From: Obrimoposthia wandeli
Lineage: Eukaryota
DNA length: 64,000 bases
NCBI GenBank assembly: GCA_977020255.1
Contig: CDROCS010002724.1
Location: 1-64,000, forward strand
Reading direction: 5' to 3'
The stretch's first letter is position 1; each line of letters begins with the position of its first letter. The position numbers were made by a program, and so were the translations under genes. Positions 19,301-29,262 of the stretch are shown here, piece by piece. The notes beneath the pieces were generated by a model that did not search any database, had not been told where the DNA came from, and worked only from the letters and a program-made list of their open reading frames with translations.

Positions 19301-19869
19301 ATGAAAAAATCAATTTTAAAAACAGTTTTACCTACAACTCTATTAATCATCGCAATGGCTATAATAGGCTCTGGCTGTGGAGATACAAGCCCTAGCATAG
19401 ACCCAAGTAATGATTGTAGCGATGCTGAAACAGTAATAGAAACAGCACTCGGTAATTTATCAACTAATTCTATGGATTTGCAAATACACGAATATACTTT
19501 TGAAACAGTCGTTGTGAGATTATACGAAATTGGTTATCAAAGTTTACAACTCAAATAATACTGTGATTGTCGTGCTGGTTAATATATATGAGGTGATAGT
19601 TGGTGCTCATGTTATAATACTTTTTATTATTATATGAATATGCAGCTATTGGTGAATTTTTGATACTTACGGTAACCTATATTACATTAGAATTCGGTGG
19701 AGATGGTTTAAATTCTTCTATGGGACATACTTCTACAACTACTTTTCCATATACTAGTGGTAACATTACTTTTTTAAGTTCTAAATTTGTAGATAGTTCT
19801 AGCACAGGAGGTGGACCAATAACGGATAACGGAATTCCTAAAATATATTTTAAGTTTACAGCTAACTAA
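19301..19869 (+). pseudogene. Disrupted lipoprotein gene
   Basis: 5' part (lipobox GSGC) stops at 19558; about 100 nt of broken frames; coherent C-terminal frame to TAA 19869, followed by a terminator. Confidence 0.65.
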
Positions 19870-19892
19870 CTTATTTAAAAAATTAGTTAAAC

Positions 19893-19922
19893 AAACGAGT
19901 GTTAATCTTAACACTCGTTTTT
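19893..19922 (+). terminator. Intrinsic terminator closing the lipoprotein-lgt operon
   Basis: AAACGAGTGTTAA-TC-TTAACACTCGTTT followed by TT. Confidence 0.8.
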
Positions 19923-19936
19923 AATTTATCATTTAT

Positions 19937-20866
19937 ATGCTTACCATAATATCATATATAAAAACACATTTTAAACAAGATTTTAAAGCGTCAACTTATA
20001 TACTTACTCTCTTGTTTTTAGGACTCTTTATTTATGTGAACCATACCACAAAACTCCCTACTCTCTTTTTTAAGAACCAACAAAAAGAGGCCGTTATCTA
20101 CATATACTATTTTTTGTTTTTCGGTTGTGCTTATTATACTACAATTATAATAACAGCAATTACAAAATCTGATTGGAGGTTTACAAAATCATTTTATTTT
20201 TGGTTTACAAGTATCATTGCTATTCTATTAGTTAGCTTTCGTTTTGGCTTTTTAGAATTTTTAAATTGGATACAAAAAAACATAGATCCTCAAAAAGTTA
20301 ATTTCTATATAAAGGTTATTGCTAGAAGTACTCGTTTTATAATATTTACTTTCGGAATTCTTTTTTTCTATTATTTATTTGAAAAAAGTAATACGAATTA
20401 TTATGGATTCTCAATTAAAAATACACGTTGGAAACCTTATTTTTTATTACTTTTATTTGTACTTCCCTTTATTATTATAGCATCTTTTCAACCTAGTTTT
20501 TTAAAACAATATCCAATGCTTGGAAATGTTGGGCCTGCCATAAATAAATGGACAGCTTTAGCTATTTACGAACCTATTTACTTAATTGATTTCATTGCTA
20601 TTGAATGGTTTTTTAGAGGTTTTTTAATATTAGGTACAGTTAAATACTTAGGCTCAAAAGCTGTTTTACCAATGGTTGTTTTATATGCTTTTTTTCATAT
20701 AGGAAAACCAACAGGTGAAATTATCGGTTCAGTTTTTGGTGGTTATATACTAGGTATTGTTTCACTACATAGTCGCTCTATAATTGGCGGAATTATAATT
20801 CATATGGGAGTTGCATTTTTAATGGATCTATTTGCTGTTATTCAAAAATTGGATAATTATTTATAA
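19937..20866 (+). CDS. CPBP (Abi/CAAX-type) intramembrane metalloprotease
   Basis: IEWFFRG, FFHIGKP, IIIH motifs; many TM segments. Confidence 0.85.
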   Translation: MLTIISYIKTHFKQDFKASTYILTLLFLGLFIYVNHTTKLPTLFFKNQQKEAVIYIYYFLFFGCAYYTTIIITAITKSDWRFTKSFYFWFTSIIAILLVSFRFGFLEFLNWIQKNIDPQKVNFYIKVIARSTRFIIFTFGILFFYYLFEKSNTNYYGFSIKNTRWKPYFLLLLFVLPFIIIASFQPSFLKQYPMLGNVGPAINKWTALAIYEPIYLIDFIAIEWFFRGFLILGTVKYLGSKAVLPMVVLYAFFHIGKPTGEIIGSVFGGYILGIVSLHSRSIIGGIIIHMGVAFLMDLFAVIQKLDNYL

Positions 20867-20870
20867 GACA

Positions 20871-20920
20871 ACATTCCTCTTATCAAACGAACACTTGCTT
20901 TAATAATGCATACATCCTCA
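20871..20920 (+). promoter_or_regulatory. LytTR-type direct repeats
   Basis: ACATTCCTC 20871, ACACTTGCT 20891, ACATCCTCA 20912 (20-21 bp period). Confidence 0.45.
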
Positions 20921-20963
20921 CTATTTATATGATAACTTTATAATATATAAAAAAACATATATT

Positions 20964-21482
20964 ATGAAAGTAAAAAATATTTTATTGATTGTAACATTAA
21001 CAATTTGCACAATTGCTTTTGCAAACACCTCAGAAAAACCAAAAAAAGTAATTAAAAAAGTAAACACAATAAAAAATTGTTGCTCATTTTCTGGAAATTT
21101 TAAATATAATGGAAAGTGGGAATTTGGAGGTAAATTTACTATAAATTTTGGATTAGCTGGTACACCACCAAACGGAGGAGGGAATTCGAACACAGGTTGG
21201 GGTGAAATAGTTTTAGGAGAAAACGCAACTCATGGAAGCTATTTAATAATTACACCTCCAAAAGAATATATAGGAAGAACCATTGAAATTGTGAGTAGTA
21301 ATATTGTTATAAATAAAATTAATTGCGGCCAAGAACTATTGCAATTTATTAATTTAAAAGCTAAAAAAAGTAAAATACTTTTAAAAGAAAAAACCATCAT
21401 AAAAATTGTAAATTTACCTAAAACAGGTAACGTAATTCACAAAAAATTACAGCACAAAAAACAAGGATATAAAAAACGCTAA
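20964..21482 (+). CDS. Hypothetical secreted protein
   Basis: Signal peptide, Gly-rich centre, basic C-terminus; no family recognised. Confidence 0.65.
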   Translation: MKVKNILLIVTLTICTIAFANTSEKPKKVIKKVNTIKNCCSFSGNFKYNGKWEFGGKFTINFGLAGTPPNGGGNSNTGWGEIVLGENATHGSYLIITPPKEYIGRTIEIVSSNIVINKINCGQELLQFINLKAKKSKILLKEKTIIKIVNLPKTGNVIHKKLQHKKQGYKKR

Positions 21483-21495
21483 TAAAATAAAATAC

Positions 21496-24372
21496 GTGAA
21501 ACAAAGAAAACTTCATATTACACTACTTGCACTAATAGTATGGAGTTTATCTTTTTCACAACAGTATACAAATTACTCTATAAAAGATGGTTTACCTAGT
21601 AATCATGTATATCGAATTTCACAAGACAATGAAGGTTTTATTTGGTTAATTACTGATAAAGGAATTTCTAAATTCGATGGTGAAAATTTTAAAAATTTCA
21701 CTATCAAAGATGGCTTACCATCTAATGACATTTGGCACATAAGAATTACACCTGATAATAAAGTTTGGTTTTTCTCTAAATCAAGTAAACTTGGTTATAT
21801 TTTTAATGACAAAGTATACTCTTTTGGTTCTTTTAGAAAAAAAGTTTTGTATCCAAGAACAATATTACAGTCTAAAAATATCATTAATTTTAATGATGGT
21901 TCATTTTATTATTCTTTAAAAGACAGTATTTGGGGAGCCTCTTCTAATTATCTTTTGGAGGATAGTAATTTAACAAAACAAAAAGTAATACACCCAATAA
22001 TTAACTTTCATGCTTTAATTAAAGACAGTCTTTATTTTTTTAATAAAAACCATAAAAAATCTTTTTTTATTAAAAAAGGTATTTTTCAAACTATTTCAGA
22101 ACACGGACAAGCAAATGACAGCCTATATATTAGTACAGCCAAACAGTATTATATAATTGAAAATTTTAATTCAGAAAAAGTTTATTTAATTTCTTATGCT
22201 TCACAAAATTTACCCGAAAATTTAAAACATTTTAGGTATCATAATGTGAATAATCATGTTCAGCTAACAGGGATGGATTTTGTAAGTTATTTAGGCAAAA
22301 ATGGAACATTAAAAAACACAATTCACATTCCCGAAAAATTAAATACTCATTTTTCTTTTATAGATAATACAGGTAATATTTGGTCTGCTACGTTTAATAA
22401 AGGTGTTTTTTTACTTCCAAAAGAGAAGAAATTAACTAAAATATTAGCTAAAAATAAAAAAATACAGCAATTAAAATTGATAAACAATAATATATATGCA
22501 GGTATTTACAAAGAAGGTTTTTTTAAAATAAATAACTCTTTAAAACCTATTATAAAAAACAATAGTTTTCAACATTCTATTTCATTTTTTAAAGACATAA
22601 ATACTTTTATTTTTTCTTCTGAAGATTTTTTATACGCTTATAAAAACAAAAAAACATCAATAATTAAAACCTCTAAAAAAAACTCTTTTAAAAATGATTT
22701 CGCAAAAAAAATCATAAATCATAAAGATTTTTTATATGTTAATAACGCTTTTGGCATTTTTAAAATAAACCCTATTAACTTTAGTATAATTAAAAAATAT
22801 CCGTTGTATGGAGTTAACTCTTTCTCAAGTACAAATACCAATCTGTTTTTTGCAAATCAATCTGGTTTATTTATCTTAAAAAACGATAGTATATTAAAAC
22901 TACAATCTAATAAATTATTTAATCAACCTGTATTAACCCAAGCTAATTATACACAAAAAAAAGTAATTATAGGTACTGAAGGTAATGGAGCTTATATAAC
23001 TAATGGAAAAACAGTTTCATTTATTAAAAAGACAAATAATTTAAGTATTCAAGATATTTTTGTTGACCTTAACAACAATATTTGGTTAGCTACAGCTAAA
23101 GGAGTTCATAAAGCAAGTAAACAAAATAATAATTATGTAATTACACAATCTTTTTATGAATCTGACGGGTTAATTTCTAATAACATAAATAGTGTTGTTG
23201 TAAAAAACGATTCTTTATACACGGGTACGGATATTGGCCTTTCTATAATTTATTTACAGAAAGAACCTGTAAATCAATTACAAAAAATCTATGTAAAATC
23301 AATAATTATAAACGAAACCTCTTATACAGGAGATACGATAATTGCTTCTTATAAAAAAAACGGTATTTTTTCTACCTCTTTTGGTACAATTAACTTTAGC
23401 AATCAACAAAACTTAAGCTATCAATATAAATTAGAGCCTCTTCAAAGTAATTGGATAACAACAACGACACCTTATATTAATTTTACAGATCTAAAACCAA
23501 ATACCTATTCTTTACAATTAAAAGTAAGTAACCATCATAAAGAAGAAAAAAGAAAAACTATTTATATTACAATTACTCCATTATGGTATCAGACTTTATG
23601 GTTTAAAATTGGTTTTGTTTTATTAGTAATTGGTTTTTTTTATTTATTTAATAAATGGGCAACAAAAAAAATTAAAGCAAACACACGTAAAAGTATTTTA
23701 AAAAAACAAAAAGATATTGAATATGAACTTTACGCATTACGTTCGCAAATGAACCCTCATTTTGTTTTCAATTCATTAAATGCAATTCAGTATTACATGA
23801 CTAAAAACGAGGTTGAATTATCCGAGAAATACTTAGTTAAATTTTCTCGTTTGATACGCATGTTTTTTGATTTTTCTAGACAAAAAAACATAACTTTAGA
23901 GCAAGAATTATTGCTTTTAAAGAGTTATTTAGAAATAGAAAAAATGAGATTTGGAGATGATTTTAAATTTAGTTTTAATATTGATAAAACACTTAACTTA
24001 GAAACAAAAATACCTACAATGTTATTACAACCCATTGTAGAAAATGCAGTAAACCATGGCCTGTTTCACAAAAAAGGAAAAGGACTTATTGATATTTCTT
24101 TAAAAAAATCAACCTTTAAAAATGAATTTATTATTGCTATAAGAGATAATGGAGTAGGTTTTTTAAAATCAAAAGAGATACAGAAAAAATCAATAAAAAA
24201 ACATACTTCAAAATCTACCCTAATAATTGCTGATAAAATAAAACTAATCAATCAATCTTTGCAATGGCATATTTCTCAAGAAATTATTGATTTATCTGGA
24301 AAAAACAGTTCTGGTACTTTAGTATTGTTAACCTTTAAAAAAATTAAACATGATAAAAGCTATATTAGTTGA
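21496..24372 (+). CDS. LytS-type sensor histidine kinase with periplasmic beta-propeller and Y_Y_Y domain
   Basis: YSIKDGLPSNHV propeller repeats, TM, LRSQMNPHFVFNSLN, QPIVENAVNHG, DNGVG; GTG start. Confidence 0.92.
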   Translation: MKQRKLHITLLALIVWSLSFSQQYTNYSIKDGLPSNHVYRISQDNEGFIWLITDKGISKFDGENFKNFTIKDGLPSNDIWHIRITPDNKVWFFSKSSKLGYIFNDKVYSFGSFRKKVLYPRTILQSKNIINFNDGSFYYSLKDSIWGASSNYLLEDSNLTKQKVIHPIINFHALIKDSLYFFNKNHKKSFFIKKGIFQTISEHGQANDSLYISTAKQYYIIENFNSEKVYLISYASQNLPENLKHFRYHNVNNHVQLTGMDFVSYLGKNGTLKNTIHIPEKLNTHFSFIDNTGNIWSATFNKGVFLLPKEKKLTKILAKNKKIQQLKLINNNIYAGIYKEGFFKINNSLKPIIKNNSFQHSISFFKDINTFIFSSEDFLYAYKNKKTSIIKTSKKNSFKNDFAKKIINHKDFLYVNNAFGIFKINPINFSIIKKYPLYGVNSFSSTNTNLFFANQSGLFILKNDSILKLQSNKLFNQPVLTQANYTQKKVIIGTEGNGAYITNGKTVSFIKKTNNLSIQDIFVDLNNNIWLATAKGVHKASKQNNNYVITQSFYESDGLISNNINSVVVKNDSLYTGTDIGLSIIYLQKEPVNQLQKIYVKSIIINETSYTGDTIIASYKKNGIFSTSFGTINFSNQQNLSYQYKLEPLQSNWITTTTPYINFTDLKPNTYSLQLKVSNHHKEEKRKTIYITITPLWYQTLWFKIGFVLLVIGFFYLFNKWATKKIKANTRKSILKKQKDIEYELYALRSQMNPHFVFNSLNAIQYYMTKNEVELSEKYLVKFSRLIRMFFDFSRQKNITLEQELLLLKSYLEIEKMRFGDDFKFSFNIDKTLNLETKIPTMLLQPIVENAVNHGLFHKKGKGLIDISLKKSTFKNEFIIAIRDNGVGFLKSKEIQKKSIKKHTSKSTLIIADKIKLINQSLQWHISQEIIDLSGKNSSGTLVLLTFKKIKHDKSYIS

Positions 24373-25087
24373 TGATGAAGAAAAAGCTTTAGAAGGATTA
24401 TTATTGAAGGTTAAACAATTTTTTCCTGAAATTGAAATTTTAAAAACGTTTCAAAATCCACAAGAAGCCGTAAATTTCATAAATACAAACACGCCTGATA
24501 TTCTTTTTTTAGATGTAGAAATGCCTGTTATTAATGGTTTTGACGTGTTATCTTTAATTAAAAACCCTAATTTCGAAATTATTTTTGTTACCGCATATAA
24601 TAATTATGCCGTAGAAGCTTTTCAACATTGCGCGATTGGTTATATTTTAAAACCGATAGATAATGATGAACTTAAAACGACTATTGAAAATGCTATTAAG
24701 GGCGTTAATCAAAAAAAGACGCTGCATAAAAATGAAGCTTTATTAAACAGGTTAATCAACACAACATCAAATGCAAATAAGTTAATTATACCTACAAGTA
24801 AAGGATTACTTTTTGTTCCTTACAATGAAATTTTACATATTGAAGGATATGAAGGTTACACCAAAATACATACCATTAACACTTCTGAAATTATAAGTTC
24901 CTATAACATAGGGAAGTATGAAAAACTACTGAATGATAATTTTTATAAATGCCATAAATCTCATATTGTAAACCTAAAAAAAGTACGTCATTTTGAGAAT
25001 GAAGGATATATTATATTAGAAAATAAAAAAAGAGTGCCAGTTTCTAAAACCAAACGAAAAGAATTTATAGATTTGTTCTCTACATAA
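24350..25087 (+). CDS. LytTR-family response regulator
   Basis: VDDE, FLDVEMP, FVTAY, YILKP receiver; CHKSHIVN LytTR domain. Confidence 0.95.
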   Translation: MIKAILVDDEEKALEGLLLKVKQFFPEIEILKTFQNPQEAVNFINTNTPDILFLDVEMPVINGFDVLSLIKNPNFEIIFVTAYNNYAVEAFQHCAIGYILKPIDNDELKTTIENAIKGVNQKKTLHKNEALLNRLINTTSNANKLIIPTSKGLLFVPYNEILHIEGYEGYTKIHTINTSEIISSYNIGKYEKLLNDNFYKCHKSHIVNLKKVRHFENEGYIILENKKRVPVSKTKRKEFIDLFST

Positions 25088-25098
25088 AAACTTTTTTT

Positions 25099-27306
25099 TT
25101 GACTAAAAATATTTCAGAAAAGACACTTCAAGATTTAGAATTCACAACAGTTTTAGAACAAGTTGCAGAACATTGTATTACAAATTTAGGTAAAGAAAAA
25201 ACACTTGCGGTTCAGCCTATATCAAATAAAAGAAAATTATTTTTCGAATTAAATTTAGTAAACGAATACCTATCTTCTTTTGAAAACGAAAACAGACTTC
25301 CGAATCATTTTTTTGAAGATATTACAGAAGAAACTAAACGATTAGCCATAGAAAATAGTTTTTTAGAAACCGAAGCTTTTTTAAGAGTTGCTACAGTTAC
25401 AGAGACTGTAAACGAAATGAAAAAGTTTTTAAAAAAATTTCAACCCTACTACCCTACTTTATTTACTTTAAGTGATCAAATAGAACTTACTACTTTTGTT
25501 TCTGACAGTATAAAAGAAATAATTACATCTTACGGTAAAGTTGCCGATAACGCTTCGCCTACTTTAAGACAAATACGTAAAGATGTTAATAATGTTCGTG
25601 GAAAAATATCTGAAAGCTTTACGCATGCCTTAACCAGAAATATTACCAACGGTTATTTAGATGATATTAAAGAAACTATTGTAGATAACCAGCGTGTTTT
25701 GGCTGTTACAGCAATGCATCGCCGTAAAATTAAAGGAAGTTTATTAGGCGCTTCTAAATCGGGTAATATCGTTTATATAGCACCTCAGGCTACCTTAGCA
25801 TATAGTAGAGAATTGCAAAATTTAATTTATGAAGAAAAGCAAGAGGTTGTTAAAATATTAAGAGCCTTGGCTAGTGAAATTCATCCTTACACGCCTTTAT
25901 TAAACGAATATACGGTCTTTTTAACGCATTTAGATGCTGTGGCTGCTAAGGCAAAATACGCGAAAAGCATCAACGGATTATTACCAAAAATAACCAAAGA
26001 GAAAAAGATTCTTTTTAAAGATGCATATCATCCTGTTTTATGGAAAAAAAATAAAGATCAGAATAAAAAAACATTTCCTCAAACGATTCAATTAGACGAG
26101 AAACAGCAAATTATTGTCATTTCTGGTCCCAATGCTGGTGGAAAAAGTATCACTTTAAAAACAATTGGCTTATTACAGTTGATGTTACAAAGTGGATTAT
26201 TGATTCCTGTTCACGAACGGAGTGAAACCACTTTATTCAACACCATATTAACGGATATTGGAGATAATCAATCCATAGAAAATCAACTAAGTACTTATAG
26301 TTATCGATTAAAAAATATGCGCTCGTTTTTGAAAAAATGCGACGATAGCACCTTGTTTTTAATTGATGAATTCGGTACCGGTTCTGACCCTGAATTAGGT
26401 GGTGCTTTGGCGGAGATTTTCTTAGAAGAATTTTATGAAAGAAAAGCATTCGGTATTATTACAACGCATTATGCTAATTTAAAGGTATTAGCGAACGAAC
26501 TAGATAATGTTACCAACGCAAACATGCAGTTTGATGAACGTACTTTAGAGCCTTTATATAAATTATTTATAGGACAAGCAGGTAGTTCATTTACTTTTGA
26601 AGTTGCTCAGAAAAACGGAATTCCGTACAGCTTAATCAACAGAGCTAAGAAAAGAGTAGAAACAGAAAAAATTAGACTGGATAAAACTATTTCTAAGCTT
26701 CAGAAAGAGCGTAATCGTTTACAAAAAACGTCCGACAGTTTGGTTGAGCAGAAATCTAAAGGTCAAGAACATATTGAAAGCTTGCTGAAAAAAGAAGATA
26801 AGTTACAAAATAAACTTTCTGGTTTTCAAGAATTATACGACAACAACCAACGAATGTTAACATTAGGTAGAAAAACAAATGAGTTGTTGAATAAGTATTT
26901 TCAAACCAATAACAAAAAGGAATTATCTACCGAATTTTTTAAATGGGTTGCTGCAGAAAATACAAAACGCATAAAAAAAGCGCCTCTTAAAAAATTAACG
27001 AAGCTAGAAAAAAAACAAGATAAAATTACTACTCAAAAACAACAAGAAGCTATAAAAAAGGTAGAAAAAGAAGTGCTTCAAAAAGTAGTAAAAGTTAGAG
27101 CAGAAAAGAAAGAAGAAGCTAAAAAGATAGCCATTGAAAAAGCGGCTTACCTATATAAAATAAATGATCGTGTTCGCTTAATTGACGGTAATTCTGTTGG
27201 TACCATTGATAAAATTGAAAAGAAAAATGTTTTTATCAATTATGGTTTATTTACAACCAAAGCAAAACTAGAACAGTTAGAATTGGTAGAACGTGCTAAA
27301 AAATAA
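25099..27306 (+). CDS. mutS2: MutS2 family protein without a C-terminal Smr domain
   Basis: SGPNAGGKS, STYSYRL, IDEFGTGSDP, TTHY; ends at a KOW/SH3-like domain. Confidence 0.93.
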   Translation: MTKNISEKTLQDLEFTTVLEQVAEHCITNLGKEKTLAVQPISNKRKLFFELNLVNEYLSSFENENRLPNHFFEDITEETKRLAIENSFLETEAFLRVATVTETVNEMKKFLKKFQPYYPTLFTLSDQIELTTFVSDSIKEIITSYGKVADNASPTLRQIRKDVNNVRGKISESFTHALTRNITNGYLDDIKETIVDNQRVLAVTAMHRRKIKGSLLGASKSGNIVYIAPQATLAYSRELQNLIYEEKQEVVKILRALASEIHPYTPLLNEYTVFLTHLDAVAAKAKYAKSINGLLPKITKEKKILFKDAYHPVLWKKNKDQNKKTFPQTIQLDEKQQIIVISGPNAGGKSITLKTIGLLQLMLQSGLLIPVHERSETTLFNTILTDIGDNQSIENQLSTYSYRLKNMRSFLKKCDDSTLFLIDEFGTGSDPELGGALAEIFLEEFYERKAFGIITTHYANLKVLANELDNVTNANMQFDERTLEPLYKLFIGQAGSSFTFEVAQKNGIPYSLINRAKKRVETEKIRLDKTISKLQKERNRLQKTSDSLVEQKSKGQEHIESLLKKEDKLQNKLSGFQELYDNNQRMLTLGRKTNELLNKYFQTNNKKELSTEFFKWVAAENTKRIKKAPLKKLTKLEKKQDKITTQKQQEAIKKVEKEVLQKVVKVRAEKKEEAKKIAIEKAAYLYKINDRVRLIDGNSVGTIDKIEKKNVFINYGLFTTKAKLEQLELVERAKK

Positions 27307-27423
27307 TCAATCTCCTCTTGATTTTTTATTAAAAAAAACGAACTTAGCTAACTATTGATAATCAATTAAAACTGCGACGTATCATTAAAGTTATATCAAA
27401 TTTAAAAAGACCTAAAAAATAAA

Positions 27424-28179
27424 ATATTTAGACATCAAGGTAAAAGCAGAACTTTAAAACACAACCTGCGAATTGCCAAGATTTTGTCGTTTGTCGCTGG
27501 AATTGTGAATGTAACAGGGTTTTTGGCTTTTACACAATTGATAACAAATGTAACTGGACATTTTGCTCTTTTTATAAGTGATGTCGCTAATTTTGAGGTT
27601 TGGAAAGGAATAATTTATTTTCTTTATATTTTTTCCTTTCTCTTTGGTTCTTTTTTTTCAAGTTTTCTAATCGAAAAATTCAAGGAAAACAAAAAACTTA
27701 ATGTTTTTGTTTTACCAACAATAATTGAATGCTTGATTTTATTATAAATTGCAATTATAAGTAATACAGGAGAAATAAAATATCCTGATTTAATTGTTTG
27801 TTCTCTTCTCTTTGCTATAGGACTTCAAAACTCTTTTGTTACCAAAATTTCAAATGCTATTGTAAGGACAACACATCTGACTGGACTATTCACCGATTTA
27901 GGTATTGAACTATCTCAGCTCTTTTTCCCTGAATCTTATCCCTATAGAGAAAAAATTAAAGCAAATATAAAACTGCGAATTTATATAATATGTTTCTTCT
28001 TTTTTGGTGGAATAATTGGTGGTTTTCTTTATTCACGACTTGAATTAAAATTAAACACCCTGTTTTTTGGAGTATTTATATTATTAATAAGCTTATTTCA
28101 CGACGACATGAAATATAGCTTCATTAGAACTCAAAGAAAATACAAACAAAGAAAAAAAACCATACACAATACCATCTAA
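27424..28179 (+). pseudogene. YoaK/DUF1275-family membrane protein pseudogene
   Basis: One frame: start codon reads ATA (IFRHQGKSRTLKHNLRIA), in-frame TAA at 27745-27747, then GLQN and VRTTHLTGLFTDLG motifs to TAA 28179. Confidence 0.85.
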
Positions 28180-28301
28180 AATTAATTACTAGTTCTAACC
28201 TATTTACGAAAGTACTCACGGACTTTCTATTTGTGATTTATTTGCTAACTTTAGTACTTAAATCACGCAACGTATATTTATAAAAAAAGAGTTTCTAATT
28301 C

Positions 28302-29138
28302 ATGAGTCCTACACAACCATCCAAGAATACAGTAAAAATAGTTTGGCATACATTTATAAATAGTTCTACCTGGCGTTGGTTTCAGAAAGTAATTGTATTG
28401 ATTATTTTCTTTTTAATGGTAAATCATTTAGCAACACGCGATAGTTTTCCAGATGGCGAATCGTATAGATTCCCTATAGAAGGTTTTCTGTCGTCTATTG
28501 TTTTATGTATTCTCATTGGAGTTATAGCTCATCTTAATTTTAAATTTTACAAGAAAAAATATTTCTCTAAAAAAGTAGAAATTGTAACTATCGTATGGTA
28601 TATGGCTTCTACTCTAGGGTATATTACAATCATGTATTTTCCTGTAAATATTATTTTTAATATAGTTGCAGGTAGCCAGACAGCGTTCTATTATTTATTA
28701 ATTGGATTGCTAATTACCTTATTGTTGAGTTTTATTCTCATTGGTTTATGGTATGCACAAGACATATACAATTTATATAAATTATCTATAAAAGATGCTG
28801 AAATTACCATTGAAAGCGGCGCGAAAATAACGAAGCTTACCTATGAAAATATTGCGTGCTTTTACAGCGAAAACAAAATTGTGTACACTGTTAAAAGTAA
28901 TGGCACAATAATTAACACCGATTTTACATTAAATGAACTCGAAGAAAAAATAAACGATCAATTGTTTTTTAGAGCCAATCGACAAATTATCATTCACAAA
29001 GATGCTGTAAATCAAATTGAAAAGATTGAAAATGGCAAGTTGCGTATCCGTTTAAAAACTGCCATTGAAAACGATGTAATTACTGAAATAAATATCAGTC
29101 GTTACAAGCGGAAAGCATTTATAAATTGGTTTCAATAA
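28302..29138 (+). CDS. Membrane-anchored LytTR-domain regulator
   Basis: Several N-terminal TM helices; C-terminal FFRANRQIIIH LytTR domain; no receiver domain. Confidence 0.85.
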   Translation: MSPTQPSKNTVKIVWHTFINSSTWRWFQKVIVLIIFFLMVNHLATRDSFPDGESYRFPIEGFLSSIVLCILIGVIAHLNFKFYKKKYFSKKVEIVTIVWYMASTLGYITIMYFPVNIIFNIVAGSQTAFYYLLIGLLITLLLSFILIGLWYAQDIYNLYKLSIKDAEITIESGAKITKLTYENIACFYSENKIVYTVKSNGTIINTDFTLNELEEKINDQLFFRANRQIIIHKDAVNQIEKIENGKLRIRLKTAIENDVITEINISRYKRKAFINWFQ

Positions 29139-29157
29139 AAAACATCAAAAATTAACG

Positions 29158-29190
29158 ACTATTCAGTTATAAATTTATAACCATTCAGTA
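29158..29190 (+). promoter_or_regulatory. LytTR-type direct repeat pair
   Basis: ACTATTCAGT and ACCATTCAGT; ATTCAGT cores at 29161 and 29183 (22 bp period). Confidence 0.6.
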
Positions 29191-29262
29191 AAAACACCGA
29201 TATTTAAAGAGGTTATCAGGTATTTTGTTCATTATTTCGCTTAGAATTTAAAATCAAAAACA

